Shown here: in pieces, positions 15,767 to 23,508 of the stretch | Numbering within the stretch: the stretch's first letter is position 1 | How the letters are laid out: each line of letters begins with the position of its first letter | DNA from: a virus | DNA length: 64,000 bases | Virus record (IMG/VR): IMGVR_UViG_3300024518_000876 | Coordinates: 26,955 to 90,954 of that record | Direction: 5' to 3' (one strand) | Position numbers and translations under genes: made by a program | Notes under the pieces: generated by a model | Seen by the model: the letters and a program-made list of their open reading frames with translations, nothing else | What the model was told of the DNA's origin: nothing | The model's database searches: none

Positions 15767-15907
15767 TTAAAATATGTTTTTACTAAACGCTTCGTCCACA
15801 ATTAATATGTATTGTAATCTACATAAACTATTCGTTTGCTCCACTTGTATATAAATATACGTGTTTAGTGTCAAAACCTTTTATGACACATATTTTAGTA
15901 ATTAAGT

Positions 15908-15949
15908 AAAAAGAATAGGTAGGTTAATTACTCCTACCTATATCAATTA
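15908..15949 (-). terminator. Intrinsic terminator directly after the first early gene (copy 1 of a twin)
   Basis: Minus strand ATAGGTAGG-AGTAATTAA-CCTACCTAT then TCTTTTT, immediately after the stop at 15950. Confidence 0.8.
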
Positions 15950-16417
15950 CTAAGCCTCTACACCAGGTGCTTCTGCTTTAACAGTCTTAAATCTGTTGTT
16001 AGCAACGGCTTTCTTAACTGTATTAACTTGCATTTTACGTGCAACAATAATGTCAATACCGTCTAGATTAACGTGGTCAACAAATTCAACAGTAGCTGTA
16101 GCTAATGAGCCAACAAGTTCTTTAGCCTCTTCAACTGATAAGTTGATAGTAAAGTTCTCATTAGTTGCACCTTGAGCGTCACCTGCCTCTAATAATCCCA
16201 TAGCCTTGTCTGCATGGTATGAAGACATAGCTTGTAAGTTTACAATAGCATATCTGTCTCCTGACTTTTTCCACGTATGTGGTGTAACCTTGTCTTTCTT
16301 GAAGAAAGATATGTTACCAATTCTGATTCCTGAGTATACACCTGCTTCTGTGATTTCAGGTCTACTGCTTAAGATTTGTGTAGCTCTGTCGATAGTTAAT
16401 TCGCGTCTCTTTTCCAT
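15950..16417 (-). CDS. First leftward (early) gene, hypothetical protein
   Basis: 155-aa ORF with its own terminator. Confidence 0.8.
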   Translation of the reverse strand: MEKRRELTIDRATQILSSRPEITEAGVYSGIRIGNISFFKKDKVTPHTWKKSGDRYAIVNLQAMSSYHADKAMGLLEAGDAQGATNENFTINLSVEEAKELVGSLATATVEFVDHVNLDGIDIIVARKMQVNTVKKAVANNRFKTVKAEAPGVEA

Positions 16418-16628
16418 AATAGTACTGGACAGTTTAAGTATGTCACTCTGTTAGATTGTTAAAATACAGTTACCTTGCTTTAGATACAAAGTAACCACGG
16501 GAATTTCCCAAACTCTTAGAAGCGTGGTATGCCCCAACCAAGCGAAGCGCAGGGGGGCTGAATCTTAGTTATATCACACACTCATCAATAAAAGTTTTTT
16601 AAAAATTACCAAAAAAAATTTAAAATAA

Positions 16629-16660
16629 TTAGGATATGTCATAAATAAGTTGTACCTTTG
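16629..16660 (+). promoter_or_regulatory. Bacteroidota primary-sigma promoter (-33/-7)
   Basis: TTAG-N20-TACCTTTG at the head of the rightward arm. Confidence 0.7.
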
Positions 16661-16768
16661 TGGAGTTATTAATAACAAAGCTACTATGAATTGTGGTCCA
16701 AACGTTTCTGGGAATGGTGGTTTTATAAAGGAGGAAAACCCTCTTTAGCAGTAAATAAATATAAATAT

Positions 16769-17218
16769 ATGAAAAATAAATATTACACACCAACAATAGA
16801 AGAATTTCATGTAGGGTTTGAGTTTGAAGTAAACTACACAGATGAAGGATGGGTAAAAGAAATCTTTTGTAGTGGAAAAGGAAGAAACATTGATAGTGTA
16901 TCTAAATTAAAAGCGTTTCTAGGGAGGGCTAAATTTGAAGAAGCTTATAGAGTCAAATACCTAGACAGAGAAGATATAGAAAGTTTAGGGTTTGTCGGAA
17001 GAAATCCCGAAAGGAATAATAAGTCTTCTGATTATTTTAAAATGAAAGCTCCTGGTACAATAAGTTATTGGACTGAAATAGATTTAGATTTTAGATGGGG
17101 ATTTAAAGATGTAAGTATAAGAGGTGTTAGAGGTAATGAAGATGATTATTTGTTCAGAGGAACAATCAAAAACAAATCAGAACTAAAAAAATTATTAAAA
17201 ATGTTAAATATATTATAA
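16769..17218 (+). CDS. Hypothetical phage protein (likely start MKNKYYTP at 16769)
   Basis: YYTPTIEEFHVGFEFE and VKYLDREDIESLGF are phage-typical segments; AT-rich leader. Confidence 0.75.
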   Translation: MKNKYYTPTIEEFHVGFEFEVNYTDEGWVKEIFCSGKGRNIDSVSKLKAFLGRAKFEEAYRVKYLDREDIESLGFVGRNPERNNKSSDYFKMKAPGTISYWTEIDLDFRWGFKDVSIRGVRGNEDDYLFRGTIKNKSELKKLLKMLNIL

Positions 17219-17223
17219 TATTA

Positions 17224-17255
17224 TTTGGTTATTAAAAATAATTGTCGTACCTTTG
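17224..17255 (+). promoter_or_regulatory. Bacteroidota primary-sigma promoter
   Basis: TTTG-N20-TACCTTTG, 4 nt before the ATG at 17260. Confidence 0.8.
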
Positions 17256-17259
17256 TACT

Positions 17260-17460
17260 ATGAAAAATTATAAAGAACTACTTAAAGAGCTGAAGACAGG
17301 ACAGCATGATATATTCAATCAACCTGAAACAAGTAAGTATATACTAAAGACTCCAAAAGGAATAGAGTATGCTTTAACAAGAAATACAGAAGAGATTAGT
17401 ATTATATATATAGATAGGAGAAAAAGATTAAGATTAACAAATACTTTAAAATTTAATTAA
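17260..17460 (+). CDS. Hypothetical protein
   Basis: In-frame ATG at 17260 after the promoter. Confidence 0.6.
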   Translation: MKNYKELLKELKTGQHDIFNQPETSKYILKTPKGIEYALTRNTEEISIIYIDRRKRLRLTNTLKFN

Positions 17461-17618
17461 TGGTTAGTTTAGAAATAACGTCAAGTGGAGATGATATATT
17501 AGTAGGGTTTCAGCATATACATGAAGATGCTACAGAATTAGATCCTTCTTTCAGTATGTTATCTATAGGATTTTTATTTTTTACTGTATCAATAATATTT
17601 ATAGACGCAAAAGATGAA
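17460..17618 (+). CDS. Small protein with C-terminal TM segment and basic tail (52 aa), not in the ORF track
   Basis: Manual translation MVSLEITSSGDDILVGFQHIHEDATELDPSFSMLSIGFLFFTVSIIFYRRKR*; start overlaps the upstream TAA. Confidence 0.55.
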
Positions 17619-17647
17619 TAATTATATATATTTTAACGAAGAGTGGA

Positions 17648-17947
17648 ATGATGGGAAAGATAGAGAAACTGATAAAGAATAAAGTATTTAGGATATACGA
17701 TGAGATAACAGAGTTAATCCCATCAGTTAATGGTAGATTAGGAAATGAAGACATGATAGACGTAGCAGCACTGGGAAGTATCCAAAGAGCTACGCGTAGT
17801 CTTACAGCCTTTGTAGATATAGATGAAGGATTACCTGAAGACAACCATACGCCTGTTAAATTGAAAACAGATTTAATAGTGATGAGAACTAGTGCTTATG
17901 AACAATTATTAAAACAAATACAGATATTAGAGAATGGGAATAAATAG
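17648..17947 (+). CDS. Hypothetical protein
   Basis: 99-aa ORF in the co-oriented operon. Confidence 0.65.
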   Translation: MMGKIEKLIKNKVFRIYDEITELIPSVNGRLGNEDMIDVAALGSIQRATRSLTAFVDIDEGLPEDNHTPVKLKTDLIVMRTSAYEQLLKQIQILENGNK

Positions 17948-18176
17948 ACAAGGTAAGAGAGTAGAAAGAAGAAAGAAATTAAAAGAAGTTAAACAACATA
18001 AACAAGCTTTCTTTGAAAAATTAAAGGAATTAGAAAGAGTAGCAGAGTTATTAAAGGAGGAAGAGGTAACAGAAGACAACTTAGTAGAAAAGGTAGCTAT
18101 CTACTCAGATATTACCATAGGATCATTAGAGAAGTTAGTATTAAAAGGTAAATTAAAATTAGGAGCAGATGTATAA
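17934..18176 (+). CDS. Hypothetical protein
   Basis: 80-aa ORF overlapping its neighbours. Confidence 0.65.
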   Translation: MGINRQGKRVERRKKLKEVKQHKQAFFEKLKELERVAELLKEEEVTEDNLVEKVAIYSDITIGSLEKLVLKGKLKLGADV

Positions 18177-18738
18177 AAAAATAATAGCAAGTATAGTAAT
18201 AGGGTGTGTATTATTAGTAGTAGTCCCTAAAGTTAATAAAGTTATTTATAATGAATTACCTCCTAAGTCTTATTACAAGACTAGATTATTAGAGAGGGGT
18301 GTATTAGTATTACGTAAACCTATAGGTAAAGATACTACAGCAGTTATGGTAGATATAGCACTTGTACCAATAGTGGATAAGTTCTTAACAGAAGCAGACA
18401 GCCAAGGTGCAGATCTTAGTAACCTAACTAAGTTAGATTTTATAGGTTATGATTACCTACCAATAAATAAAGGATTGCTAGGGTTTCAACAAACTATGTT
18501 AGGAAGTAAAGATTATATAGTTATTAACTCTCATGCAGTAATGGATAAAAGAAAACTAGAAGTAGTAGTATACCATGAGATAATGCATCAATTAAGAGAA
18601 GATAGCTTTCACTGTGTAAGTGACACCTGTTCTTTAATTATGTCGCCTTTTCTTACAGATAGAATTATAGACAGTATAAGTAAAGATAGAGACAATCAAG
18701 TTAAATTACTATTTAAAGCAATAAAGAAATGCGATTAG
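18169..18738 (+). CDS. Membrane-anchored zincin-like metallopeptidase
   Basis: N-terminal TM segment; VYHEIMHQL (HExxH) followed by H and a downstream IMSP Met-turn-like segment. Confidence 0.6.
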   Translation: MYKKIIASIVIGCVLLVVVPKVNKVIYNELPPKSYYKTRLLERGVLVLRKPIGKDTTAVMVDIALVPIVDKFLTEADSQGADLSNLTKLDFIGYDYLPINKGLLGFQQTMLGSKDYIVINSHAVMDKRKLEVVVYHEIMHQLREDSFHCVSDTCSLIMSPFLTDRIIDSISKDRDNQVKLLFKAIKKCD

Positions 18739-19037
18739 ACCAGATAACAATAAAGAATATAAAATCATTTCTAGAAGGTAATTTTAAGTTTTATTTATTT
18801 AAACTTATTAAATCTCCTGCTTACATTACGGAACAATACTTATATAGACTAAGTTTATGTAAAAAAGATTGCATACCTAATAAAAAATGTGTATATTGCG
18901 GATGTCCACCAATTAAGAAAGCTTTTGTTAAGCAATCTTGTAATAAAGGTAAAAGGTTTCCAGACTTATTAACTGAGAACCAGTGGAAAGTATATAAAGA
19001 AAAAAACAATATAAGCGTAGAAGAAGATGGAGAATAA
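18729..19037 (+). CDS. Cys-rich putative Zn-binding protein
   Basis: CKKDC...CVYCGCP...SCN. Confidence 0.7.
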   Translation: MRLDQITIKNIKSFLEGNFKFYLFKLIKSPAYITEQYLYRLSLCKKDCIPNKKCVYCGCPPIKKAFVKQSCNKGKRFPDLLTENQWKVYKEKNNISVEEDGE

Positions 19038-19266
19038 TTATATTATAAAGAAAGATACAATACAAGAAGCAATAGATGATACAGTATTATGGGAACAAAG
19101 AATAGCGAAGTTTCAAGAACTTAAGCCTGATTATAACTGTGAAATAAAAATAAAGAAAAACAGTGACACGGAACAGAAATGGGAACTGCACGCTAAAATA
19201 TGGAAAGATGAACAAGTTAACTATAAGAGAACTACAGAAATTATTAACACATTTGCAGCATTATAA
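19027..19266 (+). CDS. Hypothetical protein
   Basis: 79-aa ORF in the operon. Confidence 0.6.
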   Translation: MENNYIIKKDTIQEAIDDTVLWEQRIAKFQELKPDYNCEIKIKKNSDTEQKWELHAKIWKDEQVNYKRTTEIINTFAAL

Positions 19267-19270
19267 TAAT

Positions 19271-19519
19271 ATGGCACCATTTCCTCCATATGACACTGAT
19301 TATGTAAAGGAAGTAGAAAAAACAATAGAAAAGATGAAAGATAGTAAAAATAATTATGATGAACTACCAGTAGTATGTTGCAAACACTGCAAAAGCCTAC
19401 ATGTAAGCGTAGATGATGAGATGAATGACATATGTAATAGATGTGGATCAGTAAACGAATTAGAGACTTTAGAAGATATTAAAGCGTACCAGAAAAAGTA
19501 CGGAGATATCTGGAAGTAG
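19271..19519 (+). CDS. Zinc-ribbon protein (likely start MAPFPP at 19271)
   Basis: CKHCKSL...CNRCGS. Confidence 0.7.
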   Translation: MAPFPPYDTDYVKEVEKTIEKMKDSKNNYDELPVVCCKHCKSLHVSVDDEMNDICNRCGSVNELETLEDIKAYQKKYGDIWK

Positions 19520-19520
19520 T

Positions 19521-19823
19521 ATGATGTTCATAGCGTATGTAGATTTATATGAGACTATTATGGATGAAGAGACTAATGAAATGTTTCAACAGTTATCTCA
19601 ATCTAATTGTACAATGCCACTAGAATTAAACGCAAATGAGATACTTACAGTATCACCAATGATTACAGCTAAAGGTAAGTTCTTCAAAAACGTTACTAAA
19701 TTAACAGATAGATATGGTAATTCATATAAAGTATTAGGAAATTATAAAGATATTATTAATAAGAAAGATGATAAATCAAAAAACAAGATAGGATATACAA
19801 ATTATGGGAAAACAACCAATTAA
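19521..19823 (+). CDS. Hypothetical protein
   Basis: 100-aa ORF in the operon. Confidence 0.65.
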   Translation: MMFIAYVDLYETIMDEETNEMFQQLSQSNCTMPLELNANEILTVSPMITAKGKFFKNVTKLTDRYGNSYKVLGNYKDIINKKDDKSKNKIGYTNYGKTTN

Positions 19824-20505
19824 ATTCAATATACCTCTGTCCACAGAACAGAAAGAAGCTAAAGCAGCTATTTTAACTACAGATGTTAACTTTTTATTAG
19901 GGGGAGAAGGTTCAGGTAAAACAATGTTATCAGTAAACACAGCATTAGACTTATTCTTCAGAAAAGACACACATTATGATAAAATTATAATTACAAGACC
20001 AGCTGTAGCAACTGAAGACTTTGGTTATCTTCCCGGAGATATGAATGATAAGCTAGGACCTTACTTAGCGCCTATATATGAAACAATTACAGACATATAC
20101 GGTAATACAGATGTAAAAAAGAATAAGATTGCTAGACACTTTGAAAATAACGAAATTAGGATACTTCCTATAGCATTTACAAGAGGAGTTACTTATAGTA
20201 ATGCTATTGTAATTGTAGATGAGTTTCAAAACTGTACGCAACACCAAATGGAGATGATTATAGGTAGACTAGGTAAATCTTCTAAGTTAATCTTTGCAGG
20301 TTCTAAGGTTCAAATTGATTTACCTAGAAAAAGCAGCAGTGCAGTACATAGTGTATCAAAATTAGAGACTAATGAGTATACTTATATAAAAGAGTTACAA
20401 AGTAATCACCGACATGCTGCAGTAGTATCTATTTTAGATACATTAAGAAAAAAAGAAGAACAATATGAAGAACGGAAAGATAGCGAACATAAATACGTCA
20501 ATTAA
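19804..20505 (+). CDS. phoH: PhoH-like ATPase
   Basis: GGEGSGKT, IITRPAV, GYLPGD, AFTRGVTY, VDEFQN, GRLGKSSKLIFAG, QIDL and RH motifs. Confidence 0.92.
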   Translation: MGKQPIKFNIPLSTEQKEAKAAILTTDVNFLLGGEGSGKTMLSVNTALDLFFRKDTHYDKIIITRPAVATEDFGYLPGDMNDKLGPYLAPIYETITDIYGNTDVKKNKIARHFENNEIRILPIAFTRGVTYSNAIVIVDEFQNCTQHQMEMIIGRLGKSSKLIFAGSKVQIDLPRKSSSAVHSVSKLETNEYTYIKELQSNHRHAAVVSILDTLRKKEEQYEERKDSEHKYVN

Positions 20506-20848
20506 GAACTTATTTTTTAAATGGTTAGATATAACTAAACCTTTTCATAAACTAACTCCACAACAACAAAAAGTATTAGCGTTAATTCTCTATTACAATC
20601 ATATTTATAAAAAAGAAGTTAGTAATGATGCACTTAGATGGAAACTGGTGTTTAGTTATGATACAAGAATGGTTATAAAAGAAGAATTAGAGTTAAAAGA
20701 AGGTGGGTTTTTAAATATATTAACTAAGTTAAGAAAAAAGAATATTATAAAGAATAATAAAGTAGTTAGTACTTACATACCTGAAATTGAACTAGGTTCT
20801 AAGATATTTAAGGTTATATTCAACTTTAAAATAACAGACGATGCATAA
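20465..20848 (+). CDS. Putative winged-helix DNA-binding protein
   Basis: LTPQQQKVLALILY...ILTKLRKKNII pattern; conserved position before the packaging genes in crAss-like phages (recalled). Confidence 0.45.
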   Translation: MKNGKIANINTSIKNLFFKWLDITKPFHKLTPQQQKVLALILYYNHIYKKEVSNDALRWKLVFSYDTRMVIKEELELKEGGFLNILTKLRKKNIIKNNKVVSTYIPEIELGSKIFKVIFNFKITDDA

Positions 20849-21131
20849 TGATATAAAAATAAAAGCATTAATGCACAGAGTAGGGCTTCTAACTGGATTA
20901 CCTGATGCAGAAGTAGAAAATATTATAAATTCACAGTATGCCTTTATAAAAAGCACAATTGAAGATATAAATTTTAAAGAAGTAAAAACAAAAGAGGAAT
21001 TAGACGCAGTAAAAACTAATTTTGTATTAAAATACTTAGGTAAGCTTTATACAAACTTTAATACCTTACAAAATATTAATAATAAACGCAAAATTGCAAA
21101 AAAAAGAAATAAAACAAATGGGAGCAAATAA
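20841..21131 (+). CDS. HU/IHF-like DNA-binding protein (tentative)
   Basis: Helical N-terminus (LPDAEVENIINSQYAFIK) plus NFVLKYLGKLY strand, like crAss IHF-like proteins. Confidence 0.5.
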   Translation: MHNDIKIKALMHRVGLLTGLPDAEVENIINSQYAFIKSTIEDINFKEVKTKEELDAVKTNFVLKYLGKLYTNFNTLQNINNKRKIAKKRNKTNGSK

Positions 21132-21477
21132 AAATTACACAGTAGATACAATTAAAGAATTAGTTAAGGATTTTCCTTTAGAACCAATGTTTACACGAGT
21201 TATTGTAACTTTAAACCAAGTAACAGAGGAAGGAGACTTAATTTTATCTTCAAATGCACTAGATGAAGAACAATTTGTAGTAGCTGTAGGTGATACAGCG
21301 CAAGTTAAACCAGGACAGAAAATTTTGTTAGATTTACCTAAATTAACTAAGAAAGTACCAGATCCTAATAATAGTCATACTCCAATTGAGCAAATATTCA
21401 TAGAAACTTTAACTGTGGATGAGGTAGTATATGGAATTATATATGATAACCAGATTAAATGTAAATTTACTAACTAA
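21118..21477 (+). CDS. groES: GroES/Cpn10-like co-chaperonin
   Basis: LEPMFTRVIVTL, GDLILSSNA, FVVAVG and VKPGQKILL align by eye with GroES IRPLHDRVIVKR, GGIVLTGSA, EVLAVG and VKVGDIVIF. Confidence 0.6.
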   Translation: MGANKNYTVDTIKELVKDFPLEPMFTRVIVTLNQVTEEGDLILSSNALDEEQFVVAVGDTAQVKPGQKILLDLPKLTKKVPDPNNSHTPIEQIFIETLTVDEVVYGIIYDNQIKCKFTN

Positions 21478-22034
21478 TGAAGTTATTTGAAGTAAAACAA
21501 TGGCAGCTCCAAGTTAAAGAAGAAGCTTGGGGCTACAAGCCGTTTAAAAAACTATTAACTCGTGATAAATCTAAAGATAAAGATAAAGCTTTAAATGAAA
21601 TGTTTTTTATATGGAATTATTGTGATATTAAGTCAGATTATATGCATATGACTGACCTAAAGATAAGAGAAGAGCAGATAAAAAAAGATATAGGACTTCC
21701 TGCTAAATGGAAGATAGATAGTGACGTACAAGCAGCAATTGAGTTATATGAGAGAAGTAGTATAACTGTTGTGGAACAATTATACAGAAGAACGTTAGAA
21801 GCAGCTTCGGCTATAGGAGATTACTTAGGGAACACTAAAGAATTACTAGCAGAAAGAGATGTACAAGGTAAAGTAGTAACTGATATAGCTAAAATAACTG
21901 CATCTGTACAAAAAGTTCCTAAATTAATGTCAGACTTAAAGGCTGCGTATACAGAAGTAGTTAAAGAACAAGAAGATAAGGATAATAGACAAAAAGGAAG
22001 TAAAACATTTAATACATTTGAAGATGGACTATAA
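21477..22034 (+). CDS. Conserved crAss-like protein, candidate terminase small subunit
   Basis: All-helical 185 aa; position upstream of TerL. Confidence 0.45.
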   Translation: MKLFEVKQWQLQVKEEAWGYKPFKKLLTRDKSKDKDKALNEMFFIWNYCDIKSDYMHMTDLKIREEQIKKDIGLPAKWKIDSDVQAAIELYERSSITVVEQLYRRTLEAASAIGDYLGNTKELLAERDVQGKVVTDIAKITASVQKVPKLMSDLKAAYTEVVKEQEDKDNRQKGSKTFNTFEDGL

Positions 22035-23508
22035 ACATAAAGATATAACCTTAAAAGAAGAAGCTACTAATAAGATTGTAGCAGGTATTAATAAACTTTG
22101 TGACGCAGTTAAGATTACTATGGGTCCTGCAGGTAAAACAGTAATATTGTTAGATGAGATTACTAGAAAACCATATGCAACTAAAGATGGAGTGTCAGTA
22201 GCTAAATACATAGAGTTACAAGACCCTATAGAAGAATTTGGGAGTAAACTAGCCAAGGAAGCAGCTATTAAGACCGCAGAACTTGCTGGAGATGGTACTA
22301 CTACTGCTACTGTACTTATACAAGCATTTATTAAGGAAGGGTTAGCGTATTTGAAAAATGGAGGTACATATAATGAATTAAAAAGATCTTATGGAAACTT
22401 GATACCTTTAATTACTAAAAAGATTAAACAAAATGCGTCCCCATTAACTAAAAAGAATGTTAAAGCTATTGCTACTACTTCATCTAATAATGATATACCT
22501 ACTGCAGAGTTAATAACTAAAGCTTATAAGTATTCTAAAATAGTTATGGTAGAAGAAGGGTATTCAGACGAAGATGAGATAGAAAAAGTAGAAGGAGTAG
22601 TGTACCCTGTTACCTATATGAATAAATTATTTATAAATAACGAAAGTACACAAAGTAGCAAGTTAGATAATCCATTAGTACTATTAATAGATGGTAAAAT
22701 AACATCATGTGATAATATTAAAGACATATTAATACATGCCAACAAGAATCAACAAGGTTTAGTCATAATCGCAGAGCATATTGACACTGCACCACTAGAA
22801 ATATTAGCAGAAAACGTAGAAGTACGTGCCTTAGAGATATTACCTATAAAAACACCTGGGGTAGGTAAATATAGAGCAGAATACATAAAGGATATAGCTA
22901 AATTTACATCAGCTACCCCTGTTAAGAAATTAAATACACAAGTAGATATAAAAGTATTAGGTAGGTTAAAGTTTATAGAAGCAACAATATCTGATACTAC
23001 ATTACTACCGGCAACTGATGTTTATTACACAGAGCACATTAAGAATTTAAGTACGTTGTATGCAGAAGGAGATTTAGATGCATATTCTAAAAATATATTA
23101 GGAGAACGTATTAAAAACTTAAATGCTAAGACATCTATTATAAAAGTAGGCGGTAAATCAGATATAGAGAGAAAAGAGAAATATGATAGAATAGAAGATG
23201 CGGTTTTAGCTATTAACGCTGCGAAAGAAGAAGGAATTGTTACAGGTGGAGGAGTAATGCTATATAGTATAGCAAATGAGTTAATAGATGAGTACACTAG
23301 AATGATGTCAGATTACGCAGTACTAACAGCTATAAAAGCACCTTTTACAGTAATACAAGAAAATGGAGTAGACTACGCAGATGTAATAAGTACTGAAGCA
23401 GTAGACCCTGCTAAGGTGACGCGATGTGCTGTTGAAAATGCTGCATCTATCGCATTAACAGTACTAGGAACACAAGGGGTAGTATTACCTAGAGAATTAT
23501 GGAGTTAA
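22018..23508 (+). CDS. groEL: Phage-encoded GroEL-like chaperonin (496 aa)
   Basis: TMGPAGKTV, TKDGVSVAK, AGDGTTTATVL, IKVGG, RIEDA, EEGIVTGGG and DPAKVTRCAVENAASIA. Confidence 0.95.
   Translation: MKMDYKHKDITLKEEATNKIVAGINKLCDAVKITMGPAGKTVILLDEITRKPYATKDGVSVAKYIELQDPIEEFGSKLAKEAAIKTAELAGDGTTTATVLIQAFIKEGLAYLKNGGTYNELKRSYGNLIPLITKKIKQNASPLTKKNVKAIATTSSNNDIPTAELITKAYKYSKIVMVEEGYSDEDEIEKVEGVVYPVTYMNKLFINNESTQSSKLDNPLVLLIDGKITSCDNIKDILIHANKNQQGLVIIAEHIDTAPLEILAENVEVRALEILPIKTPGVGKYRAEYIKDIAKFTSATPVKKLNTQVDIKVLGRLKFIEATISDTTLLPATDVYYTEHIKNLSTLYAEGDLDAYSKNILGERIKNLNAKTSIIKVGGKSDIERKEKYDRIEDAVLAINAAKEEGIVTGGGVMLYSIANELIDEYTRMMSDYAVLTAIKAPFTVIQENGVDYADVISTEAVDPAKVTRCAVENAASIALTVLGTQGVVLPRELWS

Noticed and set aside
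16469-16495. GTTAC...GTAAC element resembling a Bacteroidota CRISPR repeat
   Set aside because: Single copy, no spacer array and no cas genes; treated as a hairpin
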